From Halorhodospira halophila SL1 (lineage in GTDB: Bacteria > Pseudomonadota > Gammaproteobacteria > Nitrococcales > Halorhodospiraceae), in contig NC_008789.1 of NCBI RefSeq assembly GCF_000015585.1, positions 330,001 through 362,000 of the forward strand: 32,000 nt of DNA. Direction: 5' to 3'. Position numbers and translations under genes: made by a program. A model generated the notes under the pieces. That model was not told where the DNA came from. It searched no databases and saw nothing but the letters and a program-made list of their open reading frames with translations. How positions within the stretch are numbered: the first letter of the stretch is position 1; the number at the start of each line of letters is the position of its first letter. Of this stretch, positions 1 to 8,247 are shown in pieces.

Positions 1-373
1 CGCCGAACGCGCTCTCCGTTTCGATGACCTGCGTGGGGGTTTGGATCTGCGTGGTCTCGGGGCCGAGCAGGATGCGATCCACCCGCGGCGACAGGATGCG
101 ATCCAGATGACCGTCGAGCACGTCTTCCGGCACATGCTGACCGAGGGTGACCTCCTCAATGCCACGAACCTCACATTCGCCCTCGTGATCGCAGTACTCC
201 TGCGTAACCCTGAACGTCTCCGTGGCCACACCCACCCCGGAGAGGACCAGCACAGCCTGGCGCTCACTGTGGGCGACGGTCTCGTCGGCCCACTCCACGG
301 CAACACCACTCCCCCAGGGGATCCCCAGCAGGACCAGGCCTGCCAGGGATCGCCGTAAGATCCGTGCGGTCAT
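1..373 (-). CDS. Exported hypothetical protein, 3' end cut by the window edge; last gene of the exported-protein run
   Basis: Hand translation of the minus strand from ATG 373..371 stays open to the window edge (124 codons, MTARILRRSLAGLVLLGIPWGSGVAVEW...). An AAGAGGGG Shine-Dalgarno lies just upstream. The N-terminus is hydrophobic and signal-like. It is absent from the ORF track because it runs off the window. No domain recognised. Confidence 0.5.
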   Translation of the reverse strand, partial: MTARILRRSLAGLVLLGIPWGSGVAVEWADETVAHSERQAVLVLSGVGVATETFRVTQEYCDHEGECEVRGIEEVTLGQHVPEDVLDGHLDRILSPRVDRILLGPETTQIQTPTQVIETESAFG

Positions 374-419
374 AAACCCCTCTTGGTTGTTCTTGTTCGT
401 CTGGGTGCACTGGCCGCAA

Positions 420-1517
420 TTACTGCAGCAGCGCCTCACCGCTCTCACCGCTGATGACGGCCTCGGTCAGGGCCTCGGCCAGTGCCCGGCGGCGCTCCTC
501 GAGATCGCCTTCGGCGACCCGATCGATCCCCCCGGTGTGCTCCGCCACCGGCTGACCGCCTCGGTGGGCCTCGATGCGCGCCTCCAGGGCGTAGTAGTCC
601 TGATCAGCAACCCGGGACAGGTGGCGCTGTTCGATGCGCAGTTGCACCGTACGCTCGGCGTGAGCGTCCACCTCGATATCGTGTCGACCCAGCACCCCGG
701 CAACGGCCGACCGGGTGTCCTCGGGCAGATCCAGGGCCACACCGTGCTCAGCCACTGGGACCAACTCGATCTCCAGCGTCTTGTGGGTGTGGGCGACCAG
801 ATCGATGCGCCGCCGCTCGGTGCGGTACCCGTCGGCCTTGGCGCGGTAGCGGTACCGGCCGGGCGGGACGAGTTGCTCCTGGCGGTTGTCGAGGACCCGA
901 TCGCCGACGTGCAGTTCGGCCTCATCGGGTATCAGATCCGGTGTCAGGCGGGCGTAGTCGAGATACTGAATGGCCTCATCCCGATGCGCAGCCAATTGCT
1001 CCGCCGCCTCCTCGGCGGCCGCAGCATCGGGCTCGGCAGCGAAGGGCACCAGGGCCAGGCCGAAGTCGGCCCGGTCGGTGACGGCCTCGATCTCCTCGGC
1101 GTCGAGTCGCCCATAGTCGCGATCCACCTGACGCAGGAGACTCTCCAGCGTGCGCAGGACCCCCGACTCCCGCAGCCGCGCCTCCACCCGGTAGTCGTCA
1201 CGCGCCGCCTCGGGGTCGCTATACTCCACGCCCTCGAAGAAGCCCCGGGCCCGCGAGGCGATCCTGGCGTCCATCTCCTCGCTCACTTCGTCATCGGCGA
1301 GGGTGGTGCGCACCTCCTGGTCGCTCTCGACGGTGACCGCCACGCGCTCGCTCAGCGCGTTGAGGGCCGCGGCACGGGCACTCTCCTCGTCCGCCCCGTA
1401 GCCGGCAGCACTGAGGACCACCTCGCCGGCGTGGGCCTGCGAACCGACTGCCCCTGCCAGGAACACTCCCAGAGACCACGCCGCAGACCGGCGTAATTTG
1501 CGACTGCCCATGGTCAC
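420..1517 (-). CDS. Exported protein with an LPP20-like N-terminal module and a PEGA-like beta segment
   Basis: 365-aa ORF with a signal peptide (LGVFLAGAVGSQAHA|GE). It has an LPP20-style segment (SAAGYGADEESARAAALNALSERVAVTVES) and a PEGA-like stretch (VPPGRYRYRAKADGYRTERRRIDLV..KTLEIELVP). A GGAGGGGAGGG SD precedes the GTG at 1517; the ATG at 1511 is an alternative start. Confidence 0.75.
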   Translation of the reverse strand: MTMGSRKLRRSAAWSLGVFLAGAVGSQAHAGEVVLSAAGYGADEESARAAALNALSERVAVTVESDQEVRTTLADDEVSEEMDARIASRARGFFEGVEYSDPEAARDDYRVEARLRESGVLRTLESLLRQVDRDYGRLDAEEIEAVTDRADFGLALVPFAAEPDAAAAEEAAEQLAAHRDEAIQYLDYARLTPDLIPDEAELHVGDRVLDNRQEQLVPPGRYRYRAKADGYRTERRRIDLVAHTHKTLEIELVPVAEHGVALDLPEDTRSAVAGVLGRHDIEVDAHAERTVQLRIEQRHLSRVADQDYYALEARIEAHRGGQPVAEHTGGIDRVAEGDLEERRRALAEALTEAVISGESGEALLQ

Positions 1518-1544
1518 CGGCCCTCCCCTCCGGTCGGTTAGAAG

Positions 1545-1569
1545 GCCGGGGCACTCACAGCGCCCCGGC
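1545..1569 (-). other. Intercistronic GC hairpin (8-bp stem, 9-nt loop)
   Basis: GCCGGGGC (1545..1552) pairs with GCCCCGGC (1562..1569). It lies between the stop at 1587 and the next start at 1517 on the minus strand. No U-tract follows, so it is more likely an mRNA stability or attenuation element than a full terminator. Confidence 0.3.
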
Positions 1570-1586
1570 TCGGCTCCGGAACCCCA

Positions 1587-2186
1587 TCACTCCAGGGCTT
1601 CGTCCATGCGGTTGAGGGCCTCCTGACTGAGGAAGCGCTCGCGCAGCTCGGCGTCGGTGAACACGTCCTCCTCCTCGGGCTCGACCCGCTCGGCAACCTG
1701 ATCGACGATCTGATTCACGCTGTCCTGGCCAAGCGCCATCATCGAGCAGAAGTGGGTCACGTCCTCGCCGTCCCCGTCGGGCAGATCCACATAATCGGCA
1801 GTCACCCGGAACGACCCCCGCACCTGCTCCTCGACCACCTGGCGGCTGACCTCCTCGAACATGCCGCCCTGCTGAACGGCGCCGTCGTCGCCGTCGATGG
1901 TGCTCTGGTAGTCCTCGGACAGCGACTGCATCTGGGCGCTGAGCCCGGCGGCCAGCTGCTGACGTGCGTCCATATCGGCACGGCTCTGGTCCGTGTTGAA
2001 ACGACCCGTGGAGGGAACACAGGCGCTGGTGGCCAGCCCGTCCTCGACCTGGGGCGACATCACCCAGTCCGGCACGTCCAGCCCCTGTTCCTCGGCCTGC
2101 TCCTGGGGCTCGGGCTGCATCGCACCACAGGCAGCGAGCGCGACAGCGGAACTGGCCAGCAGCGCGGTGTAGAACGTCTTCTTCAT
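1587..2186 (-). CDS. LPP20-family lipoprotein
   Basis: I place the start at the internal ATG 2186 (MKKTFYTALLASSAVALAAC), which has a GGAGG SD 6-7 nt upstream. It has an LAAC lipobox and an LPP20-like core (PDWVMSP...GLATSACVP...SRADMDARQQLAAGLSAQ). The C-terminus is acidic. Confidence 0.8.
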   Translation of the reverse strand: MKKTFYTALLASSAVALAACGAMQPEPQEQAEEQGLDVPDWVMSPQVEDGLATSACVPSTGRFNTDQSRADMDARQQLAAGLSAQMQSLSEDYQSTIDGDDGAVQQGGMFEEVSRQVVEEQVRGSFRVTADYVDLPDGDGEDVTHFCSMMALGQDSVNQIVDQVAERVEPEEEDVFTDAELRERFLSQEALNRMDEALE

Positions 2187-2257
2187 GGTGTTACCTCCTC
2201 TCTTGGTTTCCGCGGCCCGACCCCGACGCACCCAAGGGGCGGACCATCCCGGGGCGC

Positions 2258-3367
2258 TCACGGCCCCCCGTCGAGTTGCTCGATGAGTACGTGCACCTCG
2301 GGCTCACCCCGGGTGCCGGTGAAGCGCACGCCGTGCAGCTGGGCGCGCAACTGCTCCTGTGTGCCGGCGTAGGTGGCCTCGGCGTAGAAGGTGCCCCCGC
2401 GGCGATCCTGGATCTGCACAGCTTCCTGCTCGATCTCCACCCCTTCCTCCTGTGCGAGTTGGACCAGACCGTGCTCCACGGCACGATCGATCTTGCTCGA
2501 CAGCAGGTCGACGGAGAGGTACCCCGAGAAGCGGCCCACGGCGATCCCCCGTTCGCCGATAGTGACTTCTTCATGCCAGTTGGCGGGCACACCCGAAGGC
2601 CGGGCCGGCGCCTCCGCACCTTGCAGGGCGACCCGGGCGTAGATCAGATCCCCGACCGCACACTGATCCGTGAGCAACAGCACCGGGGGCTCATCGCTGC
2701 CGGCATACTCCAGCTGTGTCTGCTCTCGATCGATCAATCGCGGGATGGCCGCAGCGGCGTCACGCCCTCCCTGGATCAGCGTCTCGCTGTACGCCTCGAC
2801 CTCGACGCCGAACAGCGCTTGCATCTGCGCCAGGGCGTTGTCGAGCAAAAGGCGATACTGCTCACGCTGATTGGCGGCCCGTTGGCTGACGGTCACCACC
2901 GAGGCGGCGTCGAGGGCATCGGCGTCGGCACACAGCCACTCGGGCTGACAAACCTGCGGACGGCAGGTCAGAGGCGAACAGCGCTCCTCCACCCGCGCCT
3001 CGGCCGCGTCGGAGTGTCGGTAGGCGTAGCTGTAGTGGTAGCCACCCGACGTCCAAGTATCAGCCACCGCCACCTGGGTCCCGCCCAGACTCAGCCGCTC
3101 ACCCTCCTTCGGCGCACTCTCCGGCGGATCGGCATCGAGGACGGCGGCCAGCGCCTGGACCGCGCGGTGTCGGCTGGTAGCGGCCAGATCCCCGGCCCCA
3201 TAGCGGCTGGCGATGCCGATGGCCCCCTCGGCGTGCTCACCGTAGGGGTCATCGAACCAGCACGGGCGGTCGTCACCCGCCTGCACCGGAGCGGCCAGGG
3301 CGAGGACGCTAACCGCCGCCACCAGGGCGCCGCCCCGCCCCGGTGCGAACCGGTTGTACCCGAACAT
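2258..3367 (-). CDS. Exported Cys-rich protein with three LPP20-like modules
   Basis: 369-aa ORF with a signal peptide (AVSVLALAAPVQA|GD). Three segments each open with a P-x-W motif followed by an LPP20-like helix (PCWFDDP..., PEWLCADAD..., PANWHEEV...). It starts 6 nt after the stop of the upstream transglycosylase gene. Confidence 0.75.
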   Translation of the reverse strand: MFGYNRFAPGRGGALVAAVSVLALAAPVQAGDDRPCWFDDPYGEHAEGAIGIASRYGAGDLAATSRHRAVQALAAVLDADPPESAPKEGERLSLGGTQVAVADTWTSGGYHYSYAYRHSDAAEARVEERCSPLTCRPQVCQPEWLCADADALDAASVVTVSQRAANQREQYRLLLDNALAQMQALFGVEVEAYSETLIQGGRDAAAAIPRLIDREQTQLEYAGSDEPPVLLLTDQCAVGDLIYARVALQGAEAPARPSGVPANWHEEVTIGERGIAVGRFSGYLSVDLLSSKIDRAVEHGLVQLAQEEGVEIEQEAVQIQDRRGGTFYAEATYAGTQEQLRAQLHGVRFTGTRGEPEVHVLIEQLDGGP

Positions 3368-3373
3368 GGCTAG

Positions 3374-4531
3374 TTAGAAGTCCCGGTAAGCCTGGTGGCG
3401 ACTGGCGACGTTGACGAGGTAGTTGCGCGTCTCTTCGTAGGGGAGGTTCTCCGCCAGCGTCTCGTAGACCTCGTCCGGGCTCATGTCGTTGATCACCTCG
3501 GCGGCAGCCGAGACGTTGGTGCCGTCGACAAACGCCCGGGCCACATTGCCGGCACCGGTGTTGTAGGCGGAGATGACGGCGTAAAGCCGGCTTTCGGGAT
3601 CCTCGATGGCGCTCAGGTAACTACTGTCGAGGATGTCGAGGTAGACGGCGCCGGCGCGGATGTTGTTATCCGGATTATAGAGATAGTCCGGAGAGAACAG
3701 GCGCTGCTCGCCGTAGACCCGCTGCGCCACGTCCCTGCCCGCCGACTCAGGTACGATCTGCATCAGCCCGTAGGCAGGGATATGGGAACGGGCCATGGGA
3801 TTGAAACTGCTCTCGCTGTGCATCACGGCGAGCATGAGCGCCGGATCCACGTCGTAGCGCTCCGCCTCCGCCTCCACATCCTCGCGGAACTCCTCGGCCT
3901 TGTCCGAGGCGCGACTTTCGGGCATGGGGACCGAGAACGAAAGGATGTCGCGTCGACCATCGCCCTCCGGTTCCTGGCGCTGCTCCGCCTTGGCTTGGGC
4001 CATCATCTCTTCGACGTCCTCGGCCGAGATCTCGCTGAGCACCCGCTGCTCATCGGAATTGCCGGCTGCGGTGGTCTCGCTTTCGGGGATGTCCAGTCGA
4101 TCCCACGTCCGCTGGGTGACCTCGTCGCCCTCGTAGGCTTCGGCCAAGGTGGTCTGCAACAGCTCATCCAGTCGCTGGGCGGCCGCCTGCACAGCCTCCC
4201 GCCCCTCCCCTGGGACATCCACTACAATCTCGTTCCGGGCGTAGTCGACGACGGTCCGGGAGGCCTGGTCATCGCCGTACTGAACCCACTCGCGGCGATC
4301 ACTGACCCGCGGCTCTTCCCAGCGCTGGGAGAGCTCCTCCTGATAGGCCTCAAGCTCTTCGTGGAAGGTGTCGCGGAAGTCGGCGTAGCGCTCGCGGAAA
4401 TCGGTGGCGAAGTCGTCAAAGGATTCCCGCTGCTGCTCCCGGAATTGCTCCAGGGCATCTCCAGCGTGGACGGCTCCAGGAACAGCTAGCGTCCCGATCA
4501 GGGCCGACAAGACCCAACGGCGCGTATCCAT
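3374..4531 (-). CDS. MltC-like membrane-bound or periplasmic lytic murein transglycosylase (DUF3393-like N-domain plus SLT domain)
   Basis: 385 aa. SLT catalytic region MHSESSFNPMARSHIPAYGLMQIVPESAGRDV...YNTGAGNV. The N-terminal region resembles the MltC N-domain (RVSDRREWVQYGDDQASRTVVDYARNEIVVDVP). It has a signal peptide (AVPGAVHA|GD) without a lipobox, so I leave the symbol empty. Confidence 0.9.
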   Translation of the reverse strand: MDTRRWVLSALIGTLAVPGAVHAGDALEQFREQQRESFDDFATDFRERYADFRDTFHEELEAYQEELSQRWEEPRVSDRREWVQYGDDQASRTVVDYARNEIVVDVPGEGREAVQAAAQRLDELLQTTLAEAYEGDEVTQRTWDRLDIPESETTAAGNSDEQRVLSEISAEDVEEMMAQAKAEQRQEPEGDGRRDILSFSVPMPESRASDKAEEFREDVEAEAERYDVDPALMLAVMHSESSFNPMARSHIPAYGLMQIVPESAGRDVAQRVYGEQRLFSPDYLYNPDNNIRAGAVYLDILDSSYLSAIEDPESRLYAVISAYNTGAGNVARAFVDGTNVSAAAEVINDMSPDEVYETLAENLPYEETRNYLVNVASRHQAYRDF

Positions 4532-4599
4532 GCTTTTCCCTTTTTGTTGTTTTTTTCCCGATGTCCAGCTGACTGGACTTAGTCAACGCTGCCTGTCGA

Positions 4600-4629
4600 A
4601 CGCTAGCAGTGGCTATTAACAGGTGTCAA
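4600..4629 (-). promoter_or_regulatory. Putative sigma70 promoter for the transglycosylase/LPP20 operon
   Basis: On the minus strand: TTGACA (4629..4624), an 18-nt spacer, then TAGCGT (4605..4600). It is followed by an unusually A-rich leader (GGGAAAAAAACAACAAAAAGGGAAAAGC) up to the ATG at 4531. Pattern match only. Confidence 0.35.
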
Positions 4630-4639
4630 ATGCGGTTTC

Positions 4640-5410
4640 TCAAAGACGCAGTTGATCGCCGCTGCCCAGCAGCTCGATGGCTACCCGGGCCGCAGCGGCC
4701 TGCTCGCGCAGCTCCTGCTCGATCCGCGCAGCGGCACTGGGCTTGAGATGGGAGACCCATACCTGCACACCGGAGGGGAGCTGGCGCAGTTGGTCGATGA
4801 GCAGCCCCGGGGTGAAATGCCCCACCTGCAGGGCCAGGGACCGCAGGGCATCCGGGAAGGCACACTCGATGATCAGGGCGTCCGGCGGCTCGGCTTCCAG
4901 CAGCCGTTGCCAGAAGGTGGGACACGGCCCCGTATCCCCGGTGAAGACGAAACAGGCGTGGCCATCCTCGATGCGGTACCCCACCGCCGGGACGGCGTGC
5001 TGCGCCGGCAGGGGCGTCACGTGCAGGGCCCCGATCGGCACGGCCTGATCGGGCGCCAGGGGGTGGAGGGTGAGCACCGGCTCCTCCCGGGTCGGGATGG
5101 CGGTGAAGTCCGGCCACAGGACCCCGTTGAACAGGTGCGCGCGCAGGGCGTCGAGCGTCGGCGCCGGCGCGTGGACCCGGATGGGCGGGCTGTCATCGCC
5201 GATGCGGGCGTCGGCCATCAGCCCCAGATAGGCGATGTGATCCAGGTGGGCGTGGGTGAGCAGGACATCGCGGATGCCGCCGAGCTCGGCGGCGGTCAGG
5301 TCGCCGACGCCGCTGCCGGCGTCGACGAGCAACCAGCCGTCCACCAGCAGGGCAGTGGTGCGCAGCCCCTGGCCGATACCGCCACTGGTACCTAGCGCGC
5401 GCAGCTCCAT
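4640..5410 (-). CDS. Class-II-type 3',5'-cyclic-nucleotide phosphodiesterase (metallo-beta-lactamase fold), apparently cytoplasmic
   Basis: 256 aa starting MELRALGTSGGIGQGLRTTALLVDGWLLVDAGSGVGDL, with an HAHLDH metal motif (LLTHAHLDHIAYLG). A GGAGGG SD lies upstream. No signal peptide. Confidence 0.75.
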   Translation of the reverse strand: MELRALGTSGGIGQGLRTTALLVDGWLLVDAGSGVGDLTAAELGGIRDVLLTHAHLDHIAYLGLMADARIGDDSPPIRVHAPAPTLDALRAHLFNGVLWPDFTAIPTREEPVLTLHPLAPDQAVPIGALHVTPLPAQHAVPAVGYRIEDGHACFVFTGDTGPCPTFWQRLLEAEPPDALIIECAFPDALRSLALQVGHFTPGLLIDQLRQLPSGVQVWVSHLKPSAAARIEQELREQAAAARVAIELLGSGDQLRL

Positions 5411-5455
5411 CGGCCCTCCGGTGGTGCAGGGTGGCCCCGCAAGGGACCGGCTCGT

Positions 5456-6217
5456 TCAGCCCCTGCGGCGCAGGACCCAGATCTCCAGCAGCGACCACTC
5501 CTCGCCAGGGTAGTTCTCCTGCTCGAGCTGAGACATGCGCCGGTGGCGCGAGGCCATGCTGCCGACGAACTCGAAGCGCTCGAGGAGCATGCGCTTGGTC
5601 GCGTCGGCCTTCTCCAGCGCGAAGGGGTTGAGGAAGTTGACCAGCATATACCCCTCGCCCTGCTTGCTGGCGAAGGCGTCGAGGATCTTCTCGATGGCCT
5701 CCGGCTCCAGGTAGACCAGCGCGGCGGTGGAGATGACCACGTCGGCCTCGGCCATGGTGCGCTCGACGGCCTGCTGCGTCTCGGCCGGTGGGACGTTGAG
5801 ATCGGCCTCGATGGTCTCGTCGTAGATCCCGGCCTGCTTGCCGTAGGCCAGCGCGCTGCCGGAGATGTCGATGCCGGTCACCCGAGCGGGAAAGCGGCGC
5901 TCGGCCTCGATGTTCAGCGCGGCATCGGGATCGCGCCAGTTGTGGCGGATCGCCTCGAAGTCCATGCCGTACAGGGTGGCCATCGTGGTGTTGCCGAAGC
6001 AGGCACACAGGTCCACAAAGTTGACCGGCTGGCCGCCGGCGGTCTGCTTCTCGACCCAGGGTAGGATCAGGCGGTCGAAGGTCTGGCGGTTGAAGTTGTC
6101 GGAGACGTAATCGAGGGCGTCGAGGATCTGTTCCTTGAAAGGAACCGGGGAATCGGCCACGTAGATGTCGTCGAAGTGCTGTTTCTTTTCGTCGGTCTTA
6201 ACACCGGAATCGCTCAT
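5456..6217 (-). CDS. Class I SAM-dependent methyltransferase-like protein
   Basis: I place the start at ATG 6217 (MSDSGVKTDEKK...), which has a GGAGA SD; the longer 6265 start is unsupported. Motif-I-like VNFVDLCACFGN is followed by VTGIDISGSAL. Substrate unknown. Confidence 0.7.
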   Translation of the reverse strand: MSDSGVKTDEKKQHFDDIYVADSPVPFKEQILDALDYVSDNFNRQTFDRLILPWVEKQTAGGQPVNFVDLCACFGNTTMATLYGMDFEAIRHNWRDPDAALNIEAERRFPARVTGIDISGSALAYGKQAGIYDETIEADLNVPPAETQQAVERTMAEADVVISTAALVYLEPEAIEKILDAFASKQGEGYMLVNFLNPFALEKADATKRMLLERFEFVGSMASRHRRMSQLEQENYPGEEWSLLEIWVLRRRG

Positions 6218-6379
6218 GCGTGCTTCTCCTTTTCGCTGATTTGCGGCGTATCCTCCCGCTGCCACGGTGGCGGGTCAAGCCGGACACCGCCCGTTGCGAC
6301 GCCGTGGCCCATTGTGTTCAGGGGCCTGCGAGCGTACCTTTCCCACAGGGGAAGCCCCGCAGACTGATCAGGAGGAACG

Positions 6380-6574
6380 ATGGATTTTGACACCCTCGGA
6401 GGCAAGCTGGCGCTGGTCGGCCTGACCGGTGTGGCCTTCGCCATACTCTACATGCTGTTCATCGCCATCGCCGTCGATCCGCGGCTGATCTCGATGGACT
6501 GGCTGGTGGTCGCAGCCTTGGCAGGGGCCGGCTGCAGCTACCTGATCTACGAGTACAAGGGGATCATCAAATAG
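6380..6574 (+). CDS. Small two-TM membrane protein
   Basis: 64 aa with an AGGAGG SD 5 nt upstream of the ATG. Two hydrophobic helices (LALVGLTGVAFAILYMLFIAIAV and WLVVAALAGAGCSYLIY). First gene of the plus-strand signalling operon. Confidence 0.6.
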   Translation: MDFDTLGGKLALVGLTGVAFAILYMLFIAIAVDPRLISMDWLVVAALAGAGCSYLIYEYKGIIK

Positions 6575-6616
6575 GCCGCCCGGACGGTTCCAGGCAGACT
6601 GCGCCGGGGCGCTCCG

Positions 6617-8245
6617 GTGGACGGACTGAACCCACCGCCGCTGACTGAGCAGCGCCTGGCGCAGCTGCTGGAGGTCGGTGTCGCCCTCTCGGCGGAGCAG
6701 GACACCGATCGCCTACTCGAACGCATCCTCTCCGGTGCGCGCGAGCTGACGGAGGCGGATGCCGGGACCATCTACCGGGTCCACGAGGGGCAGCTGCACT
6801 TCGACACCGTCCACAACGACACTCTCGGTCTCCACCTGGGCGGCACGTCCGGGGTGCCCATCGACTTCTCGCCCCTCCCCCTCTACCTGGCCGACGACAC
6901 GCCGAACACCCGCAACGTGGCCGCCTACGCGGCGGTCTCCGGCGAAACCGTGCGCATCGACGATGCCTACCACGCCGAGGGGTTCGACTTCTCGGGCACC
7001 CGCGCGGTGGACGCGCGCACCGGATACCGCTCGCAGTCCTTCCTCACTGTCCCGCTGCGCGACCACGAACAGACCATCATCGGTGTCCTGCAACTGATCA
7101 ACGCCGTGCGCGAGGGACAGACGGTCCCCTTCACCGGCCGCGATGCCCGGATTGCCGAGTCATTGGCCTCCCAGGCGGCCATTGCCCTGACCAAACAAGG
7201 CCTGATCGACACCCAACGGCAGCTGTTCGAGTCGTTCACCGAGGTCCTCGCCCGGGCCATCGACCGCAAGAACCCGACCACCGGCCGCCACTGCGAGCGC
7301 GTCCCGCAGCTGACGCTGATGATCGCCGACGCCGCCTGCCGCACCGGCGAGGGGGCGCTGGCCGATTACCGCCTGAGCGCCGAGGAACACGAAGAGCTGC
7401 GCCTGGCCGCCTGGCTCCACGACTGCGGCAAGGTCACCACCCCCGAGGCGGTGGTGAACAAGGCCACCAAGCTGGAACGCCAGACCGATCGCATCGAAGA
7501 GGTCGCGACCCGTGCGGCCGTGGTCCGCCAGGAGGCGGAGGCCGAACGACTGCGCCGCCGGCTGGCCGCCCGCGAGCAGGGCGTGGACCGGGACGCCGAG
7601 CAGGCCGATGCCGACTACCGCGCCCTCGTCCAGCGCCTCGACGACGACCTGGCCTTCCTGCGCAGCGCCAACATCGGCGGCGAGGCCATGGACGACGAGG
7701 CCTGCGAACGGGTCGCCGCCATCGCCCGCACCTACAGCTGGACGGACGCCGCGGGCGAGCGGCGCCCGCTACTCAGCGCCGAAGAGGTGGAGCACCTGCA
7801 GATCCGCCGCGGCACCCTGAGCGCCGCGGAGATGGAGCAGATGCGCGACCACGTGCGGGTCAGCCGCGAGATGCTCGAGCAGCTCACCTACCCGCGCCAC
7901 CTGCAGCGGGTGCCGGAGATCGCCTCGCAGCACCATGAGCGCATGGACGGCGGCGGCTACCCCGACGGCATCACCGGCGGGCAGATGTGCCGGCGGGCCC
8001 GAATGATGGCGCTGGCCGACGTCTTCGAGGCCCTGACCGCCGCCGACCGCCCCTACAAGCCAGGCAAGAAGCTCAGCGAAGCGGTGCGCATCATGGGCTT
8101 CATGACCCAGGACGGCCACTTCGACCCGGAGCTGTTCGACCTCTTCATCCGTGAAGGGGTCTACCTGGACTACGCCCGCCAGTTCATGCACCCGAGCGCC
8201 ATCGACGCGGTGGACGAGACCGCCATCCCCGGCTACCGGCCGTAG
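6617..8245 (+). CDS. GAF domain-containing HD-GYP phosphodiesterase (c-di-GMP or cyclic-dinucleotide hydrolase type)
   Basis: 542 aa with a GTG start. N-terminal GAF-like region (LERILSGARELTEADAGTIYRV...SFLTVPLRDHEQTIIGVLQLIN). HD motif WLHDCGKV and GYP motif HHERMDGGGYPDG. Confidence 0.9.
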   Translation: MDGLNPPPLTEQRLAQLLEVGVALSAEQDTDRLLERILSGARELTEADAGTIYRVHEGQLHFDTVHNDTLGLHLGGTSGVPIDFSPLPLYLADDTPNTRNVAAYAAVSGETVRIDDAYHAEGFDFSGTRAVDARTGYRSQSFLTVPLRDHEQTIIGVLQLINAVREGQTVPFTGRDARIAESLASQAAIALTKQGLIDTQRQLFESFTEVLARAIDRKNPTTGRHCERVPQLTLMIADAACRTGEGALADYRLSAEEHEELRLAAWLHDCGKVTTPEAVVNKATKLERQTDRIEEVATRAAVVRQEAEAERLRRRLAAREQGVDRDAEQADADYRALVQRLDDDLAFLRSANIGGEAMDDEACERVAAIARTYSWTDAAGERRPLLSAEEVEHLQIRRGTLSAAEMEQMRDHVRVSREMLEQLTYPRHLQRVPEIASQHHERMDGGGYPDGITGGQMCRRARMMALADVFEALTAADRPYKPGKKLSEAVRIMGFMTQDGHFDPELFDLFIREGVYLDYARQFMHPSAIDAVDETAIPGYRP

Positions 8246-8247
8246 CC

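Noticed and set aside
222-1496. Long antisense ORFs across the window: 222..1496 +, 2276..3373 +, 3395..4489 +, 8233..9039 -, 9157..10206 -, 10283..11761 -, 13144..14007 -, 16190..17584 +, 22821..24140 -, 24164..25354 -, 28115..29164 -.
   Set aside because: Each is the mirror frame of a gene with clear family motifs on the other strand (for example PilT, PilU, GGDEF, cyclase). They are Arg/Gly/Pro/Ala-rich and lack SD sequences and domains. Stop codons are scarce in GC-rich DNA, so such ORFs are expected by chance.
5193-6008. A 271-aa minus-strand ORF overlapping the methyltransferase and PDE genes in another frame.
   Set aside because: It is extremely Arg/Gly/Pro-rich with no motifs and spans the intergenic gap between two well-supported genes. 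It is an alternative-frame artefact.
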